This document shows positions 10,270 to 19,810 of a DNA stretch of 64,000 nucleotides, one piece after another. Origin of the DNA: an uncultured Armatimonadia bacterium (lineage in GTDB: Bacteria; Armatimonadota; Zipacnadia; CAVVLO01); the NCBI GenBank assembly GCA_963749155.1, contig CAVVLO010000005.1, positions 512,001-576,000 on the forward strand, in the 5' to 3' direction. The notes under the pieces were generated by a model. It was not told the origin of the DNA. It saw only the letters and a list, made by a program, of their open reading frames with translations, and ran no database searches. Made by a program: the position numbers and the translations under genes. Numbering within the stretch: position 1 is the first letter of the stretch; the number at the start of each line of letters is the position of its first letter.

Positions 10270-10971
10270 ATGACTGCCCGTTATGAGTTACTGCGACCTG
10301 GCCAGGTCCGCGAGATACTGAAAACCAGGCCACTAGCCTATCTCCCCTGGGGCTCGCACGAGTGGCACGGCACCCAGAACCCCCTCGGCACCGATTCCAT
10401 CAAGGCCCACAAGCTGTGCGAGCTGGCCGCCGAGCAGACGGGTGGGATTGTCTTCCCGCTTATCTACCTGGGCCATCAGACGATGAAACCAGGTGGCGGC
10501 TTCCGCCAGACCTTCGAGTTCTCCGAGACCCTGATTGCCCTTACCGCGAAGGAGTATCTCGAACAGCTTGTGGACGAGGGCTTCAAGGTCATCGTGGTGC
10601 TTTTCGGCCATTATGGCAGCGTCCATATGAATATCATCCACAGGGTCATAGACGCCTTTTGTGCTGCCCATCCCGAGGTGCGTATCACGGCCTTTGCCGA
10701 CTTCGAGATGACCCAGCAGGATGGCTATGGCGGCGACCACGCGGGCAAGAACGAGACCAGCTATATGCTGCGGTTCTTCCCCGAGTATGTCGACCTCGAC
10801 ACGCTGCCCCCGCCTGAAGCCTTCGATGCGATGAAGGAGGGCGTGCATGGCGGTTATCCGCCAGTAGACGCTTCGGCCGAACTCGGTCAGAAACAGACCG
10901 ATTCTTTCCTCGCCAATCTTGTGCCGCATGTAAATCAATTATTGGCCGAAGTCCAGGCCTGCCAGAGTTAG
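10270..10971 (+). CDS. Creatininase/creatinine amidohydrolase family protein
   Basis: LPWGSHEWHGTQNPLGTD, GHYG and DHAGKNETS motifs. Confidence 0.9.
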   Translation: MTARYELLRPGQVREILKTRPLAYLPWGSHEWHGTQNPLGTDSIKAHKLCELAAEQTGGIVFPLIYLGHQTMKPGGGFRQTFEFSETLIALTAKEYLEQLVDEGFKVIVVLFGHYGSVHMNIIHRVIDAFCAAHPEVRITAFADFEMTQQDGYGGDHAGKNETSYMLRFFPEYVDLDTLPPPEAFDAMKEGVHGGYPPVDASAELGQKQTDSFLANLVPHVNQLLAEVQACQS

Positions 10972-10986
10972 AAGGGGGAACACCTG

Positions 10987-11970
10987 ATGACAGGTAAACG
11001 CGTATTGGTAACCGGAGGCGCCGGCTTCATCGGTAGCCATCTCTGCGAGCGGCTTATCGCCGATGGCAATGAGGTCTTGTGCCTCGATGACTTCTTCACA
11101 GGCAGCAGGGAGAACATCCTGCCTCTTATCGAGAGCCCCTGGTTCGAGGTAATAAGGCATGATGTCACTCAGCCTATCCATATCGAGGTTGATATCATCC
11201 TCAATATGGCGTGCCCGGCCTCGCCCATCTATTATCAACTCAACCCCGTGCGCACGCTCAAGACCAGCGTGGTCGGTATCATCAATATGCTGGACCTGGC
11301 GCGCGAGTGCAAAGCGCGGCTCTTCCAGGCCTCTACTTCAGAAATCTACGGCAGCCCTCAGGTGCATCCGCAGGAAGAGAGCTACTGGGGCAACGTGAAT
11401 CCCATCGGCGTCCGCAGTTGCTATGACGAGGGCAAACGGGCCGCCGAGACACTGGTCTTCGACTACCACCGCCAATACGACACCAACACCTGCGTGGCGC
11501 GCATCTTCAACACCTTCGGCCCGCGGATGTCTCCTGACGATGGCCGCGCGGTAAGCAACTTCGTCGTGCAGGCGCTGCTGGGAGAGCCCATCACCATCTA
11601 CGGCGATGGCAGTCAGACGCGCTCCTTCTGTTATGTGTCGGATATGGTCGAGGGGATCCTCCGCCTGGTGGAGTCCGACCTCGCCGGCCCAGTAAATCTC
11701 GGCAATCCCGACGAGCGCACCATACGGGAACTGGCCGAACTGGTACTCGAGATGACAGGCAGCAAATCGGAGCTGGTTTTCGAGCCGCTGCCTGGCGACG
11801 ACCCGGTAAAACGTAAGCCCGACATCACGCTGGCGAAATCCAAACTGGGCTGGGAGCCGACCGTCCGGCTGGAAGAAGGCCTGAAGGCCACGGTGGACTA
11901 TTTCAAGGGGCTGATGGGCCATAGCAACGGCTGGCGCGCCAAACACGTCTGGCAGCGCAGGCCGAAGTAA
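10987..11970 (+). CDS. uxs: UDP-glucuronate decarboxylase (extended SDR)
   Basis: [32 protein letters not shown] and [10 protein letters not shown] motifs. Confidence 0.9.
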   Translation: MTGKRVLVTGGAGFIGSHLCERLIADGNEVLCLDDFFTGSRENILPLIESPWFEVIRHDVTQPIHIEVDIILNMACPASPIYYQLNPVRTLKTSVVGIINMLDLARECKARLFQASTSEIYGSPQVHPQEESYWGNVNPIGVRSCYDEGKRAAETLVFDYHRQYDTNTCVARIFNTFGPRMSPDDGRAVSNFVVQALLGEPITIYGDGSQTRSFCYVSDMVEGILRLVESDLAGPVNLGNPDERTIRELAELVLEMTGSKSELVFEPLPGDDPVKRKPDITLAKSKLGWEPTVRLEEGLKATVDYFKGLMGHSNGWRAKHVWQRRPK

Positions 11971-11991
11971 GGCGACCTCTGCCCTGACTGG

Positions 11992-12130
11992 GTTTCGGGA
12001 ACGAGTTCCCGAAACACGCCACTTGGGGGGCCACGCAAGCCTCGGTGTTTCGGGGCTTCAGCCCCGAAACCGAGGCTGGGACCCTAGTGAGGGCGGCTGG
12101 TTTCGGCACTGAAGTACCGAAACACCAGCC
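11992..12130. repeat. Cluster of three REP-like hairpins, family 1 (GTGTTTCGG-N8-CCGAAAC)
   Basis: Palindromes at 11992-12017, 12045-12070 and 12100-12125 in alternating orientation; copies 2 and 3 have extended outer stems. Confidence 0.75.
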
Positions 12131-12173
12131 GGAGAAGGGGCGGACCCAAGCGTTCAGAGGTGTGGGAGGCACC

Positions 12174-12773
12174 ATGCCAGAGGAGCATGAGTCAGGCCGT
12201 CTAAGGCTTCGCTTCGGGCCGGACGCCAGGTCGCACGACCGGGTACGCACAACCGTGCTTGCTGCGGCCGCGCTCGGATTGCTCGTGACCATAGGGTTGA
12301 CTGCACCCGAGTCTCTCTGGTGGAACAGGCCTACCGTAGTTCGGGAGGGCACTGACGGCTTGGTCCCTTACCTCTACCTTCTCGCGGCCATAGGCCTGCT
12401 AGAGGGCCTCTTCCTTTCGGACCCCGGTTGGGATCGAGGGTACTTCTCGGATGCGTGCTATCTGGCAGGCTGGGCCGTCGCGGTGGCAGTGGGGCTTCTG
12501 ATAGGTCCGCTGGGCGCCGGTGGGATGATGGCGGCTTTCCCCTTCCGGTTGGCCCGAACCAGGTGGGCGGGTATGAGGAGTTGGGTGTACTGGCTTTGGC
12601 AGACGCCGGTCCTTGGCCTCACGATAGTGTGGTGGTCTGGAATGTATCATCCCCTGACGCCTCACCTGTGGCAATATGTGGTACTCCCGTCGTTCTGCCT
12701 GGCCGTCCTGGCAGGCGCATACGTTGCATCGAAGAAGGAAGAGCCAACCGAACCGTCTGACAGGCAGGACTGA
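12174..12773 (+). CDS. Hypothetical membrane protein
   Basis: ATG 12174 follows GGAGG; about 5 hydrophobic segments; LLEGLFLSD segment resembles the next gene. Confidence 0.7.
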   Translation: MPEEHESGRLRLRFGPDARSHDRVRTTVLAAAALGLLVTIGLTAPESLWWNRPTVVREGTDGLVPYLYLLAAIGLLEGLFLSDPGWDRGYFSDACYLAGWAVAVAVGLLIGPLGAGGMMAAFPFRLARTRWAGMRSWVYWLWQTPVLGLTIVWWSGMYHPLTPHLWQYVVLPSFCLAVLAGAYVASKKEEPTEPSDRQD

Positions 12774-12819
12774 AAGCCTGACATACGGTCAGTGCGAAGA
12801 CACCAGCCAATCTAGTGGC

Positions 12820-12845
12820 GTGTATCGGGAGCTTGTTCCCGATAC
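12820..12845. repeat. REP-like hairpin, family 1, fourth copy
   Basis: GTGTATCGGGAGCTTGTTCCCGATAC; inverted homolog of 11992-12017 with a compensatory stem change. Confidence 0.7.
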
Positions 12846-12884
12846 CTAAGGGCGCAAGGGTAAAACCCTTGCACCATCGAAGGC
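12846..12884. repeat. REP-like hairpin, family 2, copy A
   Basis: CTAAGGGCGCAAGGGTAAAACCCTTGCACCATCGAAGGC, 38/39 identical to 13534-13572. Confidence 0.8.
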
Positions 12885-12933
12885 CGGTATGGAAGAGATA
12901 CGACCGTGCAGGTTTCTGAGCAGGTGAGACACG

Positions 12934-13537
12934 ATGCACTGGCGCATGAAGTTATGGCGCTGGCTCACAGGGGGCGTGCTGGTAGCCGTGCTCGTGATTG
13001 GGTCTCTGGCGGGCTATGCGCCTGGCCAGGTGATCCCCTTCGCCGTGGGCCTCGCCGCTCTCTGGGGGTACGTGCTTGAGTGGCTGATCTTGTCCGACTG
13101 GTCGGCGAAGTCAAAACGCCCTGTCGAGACCTTTGTCGTGCGCCACGCTGCCCTGCGAGGTATCGCAATCGCGTGTCTGGTTATCGCCCTAACGGTAGAT
13201 TCTGGCCCGGCAGAAGCTTATCTCACGGGCGCTGGGCCGCTGTGGTTCATCACGGCGGTGTAGATTCTTCCAGCTAATGATCCTTCTGCGTGGACTGCCA
13301 CCGTTCCCCCCCGACACCGACACGTGGGCCAGCGTGTTCTTAAGGCTGCTCTTCTGGGCTTCCCTGACAGTCTTAGTTGCCTCGGGAGCGCTGTGGCTGT
13401 TGGGCATACTGGAGAAGGACGTCGGCGCGTGGTGTGTCGCCGTCAGCGCGTACATTACGTGGGGGTGTATGCTAGGCCTCGCCACCCTAAGGATACGCAT
13501 CGGGGCGCATGGCGAGGAGCCAGTCAGCCCGCGCTAA
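12934..13537 (+). CDS. Hypothetical membrane protein, split into two ORFs (probable frameshift near 13260)
   Basis: ORFs 12934-13263 and 13277-13537 are both hydrophobic; joined length is similar to the upstream paralog. Confidence 0.55.
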
Positions 13538-13632
13538 GGGCGCAAGGGTGAAACCCTTGCACCATCGAAGGCGTTTCGGCGCGCGCCACGAAGACTAGAG
13601 ACGATCGTGCAGGGGTTCCACCCCTGCACGGG
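13534..13632. repeat. REP-like inverted doublet, family 2
   Basis: Copy B at 13534-13572 plus an inverted variant GTGCAGGGGTTCCACCCCTGCAC at 13607-13629. Confidence 0.75.
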
Positions 13633-13646
13633 CCGGACAGGAGTGT

Positions 13647-14200
13647 TTGTGCCGTGGAGAGCTTCTCTTACGAACTCTACACACCCAACCAGCGCGCAGC
13701 CGCGTGTGCGAGCGTGGTGGTTGTCGGTGCTGGGCAATGGCACCTACGCGCTTGCCGAGTTCCTCGGCTGGTGGCAGGCGCCGCGTGCCTTGCTCATCTT
13801 GGCCGGGATCGTCGGACCTGCTAGCCGTGCTGTCCGCATACTTCGTCATGCTTACCGCGACCGCTATCAGCTTTGATGGCGAGACACTGACGGTTCAATT
13901 GCCCTTCTGGACCTTGCGCTTCTTAGCGAGGGATATCGTCCGCGTCGCAGGCGACCTGGGCCGGTCTCAGAAGGGCACGCGGACCTTACCGGCTGACAGT
14001 CCTGAACAGCCAGGCGGGGCCTGATCCCGCCCTACTTCATCGTCGAGCCGAATCCCGGCTCGGGGTTCAACGAGGCTGCGCCCCGACGAACTGGCACGAC
14101 TGGTGACCGCCCTTGAGCAGATGGCAGAGGCCAACCAGAAACGCCCCATAAGGGGTGGGTCTCGGACCGGTCCAGCCTTACAACAGGAGAGGAACAACCT
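13647..14200 (+). pseudogene. Frameshifted small membrane protein with a bacterial PH-like segment
   Basis: Hydrophobic pieces followed by AISFDGETLTVQLPFWTLRFLARDIVRV spread over several frames; boundaries approximate. Confidence 0.4.
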
Positions 14201-15487
14201 ATGACCACCGATAACACCGAGCGCCTGGCTATCTCGTTCTGGATCTGGGCCCTGTGGGACACCGCGCCGAACGGGTTCTTCAACGATCTCGAGACCCGGA
14301 TGGCGGAGCTGGTCGAGCGCGGGTTCAACTGCGTGCGCCTCGAGAGCGGCGCAGGGCTGGCCCATGATGGGGAAGGCCGGCCGCGCGGCGCGCTTGACTA
14401 TCTTGAAGCCGTGCCCGGCCACTGCCAGGTCATCCGCCAGATGGAGCGGATGCGCGCAGGGCGCTGCGATGTGCTCAAACGCCTGATCGAGCTGTGCGCC
14501 GCCGCCAAGCGCCACCAGGTGAAGGTCATCCTCTCCAGTTGGTATTTCCTCCACACCTTCTGGTTCACCGACCGGGCCCTCACGGCGGAACTGCTGGGGC
14601 TGCCGGTGGAGCGGCGGTTTATGTATTTCGCCCAGGCGCTGGACTGGCTGCTCTCCGAGTTGAAACAGCGCGACCTGGCGGAGGTCATCGCCTTCGCAGA
14701 GATATTCAACGAGACGGACGGGCTGGAGTTCCTCGTAAATTATGTCGCCGAGAAGGGCCGGAGGTCGGCCTGCCGACCGCGCGCGCCTGGCACGAGGAGG
14801 CGCTGGCCTTCCTGAGGGGCCGCCATCCCGATATCCTGTTCGCGGTAGACACCTACACGCCTGGCACGACTGGGGAACTGCTACCGCGCAACGCGCAGGT
14901 GTGGAACTTCCACAGCTATTATCTCTGGAGCGTCTACGGGGTGTTCGAGAATCCCTATCTCTCGGGCGAGGTGGACCTGGACGATCCGGCAGGTTACGCA
15001 CCCATCCGGCGCTATCTGCAGCGGGAGGTCGTGCCCTTCAGCGCTGTTACAGGCAGTCGCGCGGGCCGCCCGCCAATAATGGACAACTGGTATCGGCGCA
15101 TCTGGCTCTATCGCAACCTCGAACCCAACACTATGCACGAGGTCGAGCAACTACTCAGAGCCAACCTCGAGCGCCATGTGGAGGACTACAAGCAAGCCGC
15201 CGAAGCAGGGCTGAAGCAGGCGCTGGCGCTGCGGGACGAGTATCTGCCCAGGGGTGCCGCTGGTGACGGGGGAGGGCGTGACCTACTGCGGGGACAACCG
15301 CCTGCGGTGGGAAGAGCGCTCTGATGCCTATTGGGAGATCGCCGAACACAGCGCGCGCCTCTACCGGGACGCGGGCCTGTGGGGGAGCGTTGCTCGCACC
15401 AACTCCGGCCCCGAGGACCCCGTGTGGTGGGAGTATCCCGAACGCCTCCAACGCGTAAACGCAGTGTTTCTGGGGAAGGCGGAGTAA
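14201..15487 (+). CDS. Cellulase-like family protein (sugar-binding cellulase-like TIM barrel), two frameshifts
   Basis: ELVERGFNCVRLES, VKVILSSW and FAEIFNE motifs; coding continues through frames 14201-14815, ~14760-15250 and 15254-15487; RBS AGGAGAGG. Confidence 0.7.
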
Positions 15488-15509
15488 CTCTGCATCTGTG
15501 CAACCTGCA

Positions 15510-15550
15510 GTATAATTATACAAGTATCAGTGGCGCCCAGGAGGAGGCCG
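15510..15550 (+). promoter_or_regulatory. Palindromic -10 box (GTATAATTATAC) and RBS upstream of the first Rhs module
   Basis: Perfect 12-bp palindrome with TATAAT at 15511-15516; AGGAGGAGG just before GTG 15555; no clear -35. Confidence 0.5.
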
Positions 15551-15554
15551 GCAG

Positions 15555-16196
15555 GTGGTGGACAGCTCCCAGGCCGTCGAGAACAGCTACAGCTACGAGG
15601 CCTTCGGGCAGGCGACGGTCGGCCAGAGCGACGTGGCCAACCCTTACCTCTTCGTTGGCGGCTACGGGGTCCAGTGGGAGAGCACCCCGAGCCTCTACTT
15701 TATGCAGGCCAGGTACTACAGCCCGGGCGTCGGCCGGTTCATCTCCGAGGACCCGTACGGCGGCTCCCCGCAGGATCCGCTGAGCCTGCATCGGTATCTC
15801 TACTGCGCCAATGGGCCGGTGAGCAGGACTGATCCGACCGGTATGTGGGAGTGGATCAACCCGTTCAAGCATGTGACCTTCTGGGTGGAGTTGGTGCTCA
15901 GTGGCGGGGTCAGTGTGTTCGTGGGCGTGAAGCTCGGAGTCGTTGCTGCGATCATCTCTGGCGTGCTGGTCAGCGGTGTGGTCGCGATAGCGGGGTCCTT
16001 ACTGGTCTGCGTTGCAGAGGAGAATATGACCCGCGTCCGCGAGGACTGGGGGCAAGTGTGTAAGGGTTACCCCGAGGGCTGGAAGGCGAAATGCTGCGAC
16101 GCATACCACAAGAAGTGCATGGATGAGAACGTTTACAGCGATATAGCTTGCAATCAAGCACTTGCGAACTGCCTGTTGGCTTTCGCCGGCGACTGA
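15555..16196 (+). CDS. Truncated Rhs repeat-associated core with Cys-rich hydrophobic C-terminal tip (module 1)
   Basis: YSYEAFG, LYFMQARYYSPGVGRFISEDP and YLYCANGPVSRTDPTG motifs; the tip starts at 15843. Confidence 0.9.
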   Translation: MVDSSQAVENSYSYEAFGQATVGQSDVANPYLFVGGYGVQWESTPSLYFMQARYYSPGVGRFISEDPYGGSPQDPLSLHRYLYCANGPVSRTDPTGMWEWINPFKHVTFWVELVLSGGVSVFVGVKLGVVAAIISGVLVSGVVAIAGSLLVCVAEENMTRVREDWGQVCKGYPEGWKAKCCDAYHKKCMDENVYSDIACNQALANCLLAFAGD

Positions 16197-16210
16197 TGGG
16201 GTGAACGCAA

Positions 16211-17392
16211 ATGCGATCTGCAAGCTGGCGGGTGGTACTAGGGCTTGTGATGACAGCGTGCCTGCTGGCGGGGTGCGGCCCTCTTCCTCGCGAGGCCTCC
16301 GACAAGCTGGGTCAGCTCGCGTGGTCGCCAGACGGAAGCTGCCTGGCGTTTGTTGGCTCGCGCACTGGTGGCATGGCCCGGGTCTACCTGATCGACACTG
16401 CCGCGCAGCCCGGCGCGGTTCGGCTCGCGCTGACGGCGTGGACGGTCAACGGGCCTGTCTCCTGGCGTCCGGACAGTAGCGAACTGGCGGTTGCTGGCTT
16501 CGATCTCGGTGTCCGCGACTGGGTGGGACGAGTCTGGGTGGTACCTGCAGAGCGTGGCCGCAAGGTGCGAAAAGTCGCGAAGGGGGCGCAGTTCTGGTTC
16601 CCAGAGTGGTCTCCGGATGGCACACGGCTCGCCTACACGGAAAGCCAGACAGCCTACGAGTGCGGCTTGTTGGTCTCGACCCTCGACGGGCACACCGAGA
16701 AGGTAGTGGAGGGCCCAGGGACTTGGCTTTTTCTGCAGTGGAGCCCTGACGGCAAGCACATCAGCTACCAGAGCGCCGCGAGTCGCACGCGCGCTGTCTC
16801 CCTGGGCATCACCCGCGGCCTCCATATCTGCTCTCCCGACGGTAGCGTCAGACCGCTCGTTGGTGCCTGGATGGACTTGGGGCCTGTGGTTAGGGCCGGA
16901 GGAACTGCTGGTCAGTGTCAGTGCGCCGGAACCGGGCAGCCCTCTTCCAACAGCCCGGGCCTCTGGTCGCTCAACCTGGCGACAGGCGCGAAGTCCCTGC
17001 TGCTGGCGCGCGACAAGCTGCCGCACGAGCTGAAGGGCGGCTCTCCCGTGCCTCGCTGGCACCGGGGTACACGCCAGTTGCTGTATTCGGGCACGGATGA
17101 GAAACCTGTAGCGAAGCCGCAAGCTGAACCCGCCCCGACCGCAGAGACGCCTCCCAGCCTTTCGCCAGGCGCTTCGACCCCGCCGGACTATACCTACCAT
17201 ATCTACCGAGCAGATCTCTCAGCGGGTCAGGTGCGGCAACTGACGAGCGGCCCCAACAGTGACACCGAGCCATGCTGGTCGCCGGATGGCAGTCGCATCG
17301 CCTTCGTGCGCAACAAGACGGAACTGTGGACGATGGCGAGCGATGGCTCGAACCAGCAGAAGCTGCTGTCCGTGGATGAGCTACCACTCTGA
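16211..17392 (+). CDS. TolB-like (PD40) beta-propeller lipoprotein, putative immunity protein
   Basis: Lipobox LLAGC and repeated WSPDG motifs; 14 nt after tip 1. Confidence 0.8.
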   Translation: MRSASWRVVLGLVMTACLLAGCGPLPREASDKLGQLAWSPDGSCLAFVGSRTGGMARVYLIDTAAQPGAVRLALTAWTVNGPVSWRPDSSELAVAGFDLGVRDWVGRVWVVPAERGRKVRKVAKGAQFWFPEWSPDGTRLAYTESQTAYECGLLVSTLDGHTEKVVEGPGTWLFLQWSPDGKHISYQSAASRTRAVSLGITRGLHICSPDGSVRPLVGAWMDLGPVVRAGGTAGQCQCAGTGQPSSNSPGLWSLNLATGAKSLLLARDKLPHELKGGSPVPRWHRGTRQLLYSGTDEKPVAKPQAEPAPTAETPPSLSPGASTPPDYTYHIYRADLSAGQVRQLTSGPNSDTEPCWSPDGSRIAFVRNKTELWTMASDGSNQQKLLSVDELPL

Positions 17393-17395
17393 CGC

Positions 17396-18604
17396 ATCTA
17401 CGAGCTGACCGGCCAGACCAAGCGCAACTCGGGAAATGTAGTACAATATAGTTATAGCTACACTTACGACGACATCGGCAATCGGCTGACTCTTACCGAC
17501 CAGGGGAGCGCGGTGACGACCTCCACTTATAACGCGGGCGGGCAGTTGACGGGCACGGACGCCTCCGGGACGCTGACGACCTATACCTACGATGCCTCGG
17601 GCAATCTCGCCGCCGAGGTCACGAGCGCCGGGACGCGCTCCTACACCTGGGACTACGACGACAGGCTGACCGACATCGAGTACCCGGACTCTTCCGAGAC
17701 CAACTACACCTACAACTCCGCCGGGCAGCGGCTGACGAGGGTGGAGGGCGGGGCAACGACGAAGTTCGTCTACGATGGGGCGAAGGTAGTGCTGGAGCGC
17801 AACGGCGACGACGAGACCGCAGGTGCGCTACACCCACGAGGGCGGCTCGCTCTACAGCGACCTGCTCAGCCAGCGGCGCGATGGGGCCAGCTACGACTAC
17901 CTGCTCGATGGGCTGGCGAGCGTGAAACAGGTGGTAGATAGCTCCGAGGCCGTCGAGAACAGCTACTGCTACGAGGCCTTCGGGCAGCCGACGGTCGGCC
18001 AGAGCGACGTGGCCAACCCTTACCTCTTCGTTGGCGGGTACGGCGTCCAGTGGGAGAGCACCCCGAGCCTCTACTTTATGCAGGCCAGATACTACGGCCC
18101 GGCGTCGGCCGGTTTATCTCGGAGGATCCCTACGGCGGCTCCCCCCAGGATCCGCTGAGCTTGCATCGGTATCTCTACTGTGCGAACGGGCCGGTGAGAC
18201 ACGGTGATGCGAGTGGTATGTGGTGGGACTGGCTACGGCCGCTGGCGGACCGGAGTTCTGGTTCTGGGCCGTAGTGGATCGTGATCGTTGTTGTCTTTCT
18301 GGTTGTCAACGGGGCCACAATGCTGCTCATCACCGAGGGGTTAATCGTCAGCTCCTGCACCTAGCTCTCTTTACCACTTGGTGCACGTCTTGGCTAAGCT
18401 CCGTCATGAGGGAGAGTGCGATACGCGAGAACGAACAGAACGAGTAGGCCTGGGCCATCGCGGATGATAGCTGGCAGAGACGCTCCCGCGTGGACTGCGA
18501 GGAGCAGTGCCGCAGGGTGCTCTACCCAGTCCTCTGGCATTTGTTCGCGTATCTTCGTTGCAAGGACGGCTGCATAGACCCTAAGAACCGGAAGAGGATA
18601 GTGA
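17396..18604 (+). pseudogene. Rhs module 2 (YD repeats, core and tip), multiply frameshifted
   Basis: IYELTGQTKR...YTYDASGN...DASGMWWDW; indels near 17820 and 18100 relative to sister copies; in-frame TAG at 18445. Confidence 0.8.
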
Positions 18605-19810
18605 TGATAGAGACCCATAGACGCCACTCGTCCGGGCCGGGACGGCCTCTGGACCGCGCTGCTTCTTCAGCAGCCGCTGGGTTTGGGCTTGTCGTCGTGG
18701 CGCTCCTAGTCAGATGTGTGTAGGCTGCCGTTCCAGTCACCAGGCGGAAGCGAGCGAGGTCGAGCCGGAAGCGGCCCCGGTGGATCTTCGAGATGGCCGC
18801 GTCGCCCGATGGTGCGCAACTGGCCGTCATCGTGTGGGACAGCGACGTCGACCCGATCACCTACACCTGGGCATCCCTCCTGGATCGTCTGCACCACGTA
18901 GGCGATGGCCAACCGGTTCGGCAGTCGAAGGGAGAGGCACCAAGTACTGGTGCCGCCCGACTGGTCGCCGGACGGGAGCCACCTGCTCTTCATCACGGTA
19001 AGGCTCAAGCCCCTGGCGCACAGCTGGTCTGCGAACTGGTATCGGTCGACGTTGCCTCTGGCGCAACTCGCGACTCTACTCTGCCCAAGGCTGGTGGCCG
19101 CGGGCGCTTTGGCTGCCAGGCGATGCCGGCGTTGTGTTCGAGGGCTGTTCGGACTGGCAGGCATCCGTCGCCGAGAGCCTCTTCTACTTGCTCGTCGGCA
19201 GCGAGATGCAGCGCCGAGGCGCCTCACGCCCAGCGACTATGGCGCGCACCTGCTCTCTGTAGCCCCCGCGCCGCTCGGCACTAGCTGGGCGCGCCTTCTA
19301 GTTGCCTTGCGCGACCCTTTCGTCGAGGGCGAGGGCTTCGAGCATAGTTACTGGGAGGTGGGTCCAGACGGAGCCGCGCGCCAGCTCTCGGATTGGCAAC
19401 TGGATTCACCGGGATACAGGTTTTCGCCGTCGGGCGACCTCTGGGCCTACGTCGTCCGCGGACCAGGCGATGACGCACCAGTCCTGCGCATCGGAAGGTG
19501 GGAGAGCAGAGCTCGATGACCACGGTGTCCTTGCCAGGCTGGGCCCCTAAGGTCAGTTGGGCGCTAGGCGGGGACGCCGTGCTGTGCTGTGGGGAGGACG
19601 GTGTCTGGGTCTACCGGCGCGCAAGAGAGGGAACTGCAGCCACTCTATCTGAGCGAGGCGGCGTTAGGTATTGGCGCCTCGACAAGTTCTCTGCCTGTTG
19701 GTTGGGCGGGAGCGCCGACTGCGCTGTGACCTGCGGCGGGCAGGTATGGGTCGTTCATCTTGCGGACGGGAGCAAGCGGCTCCTGTTCGATGCCAACGCC
19801 CGGGAGGCAG
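18604..19810 (+). pseudogene. Second TolB-like beta-propeller lipoprotein, frameshifted
   Basis: Hydrophobic leader ending in VGC; ASPDG, WSPDG and FSPSG repeats across successive frames. Confidence 0.6.

Noticed and set aside
11992..13632. CRISPR array or integron attC sites
   Set aside because: The repeats vary in orientation and spacing. I found no RYYYAAC/GTTRRRY box pairs and no cas or intI gene in the window.
15500..15530. dif/Xer site
   Set aside because: The TATAA and TTATA arms abut with no 6-bp central region, and the match to the XerD arm is poor.
15531..15548. tRNA 3' end remnant (att site) on the minus strand
   Set aside because: Only a short CCTGGGCGCCA resemblance, with no T-arm and no second copy.
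18445..18447. Pyrrolysine or amber readthrough in tip 2
   Set aside because: Many normal genes here end in TAG, no pyl genes are in view, and the region is broken by other lesions.
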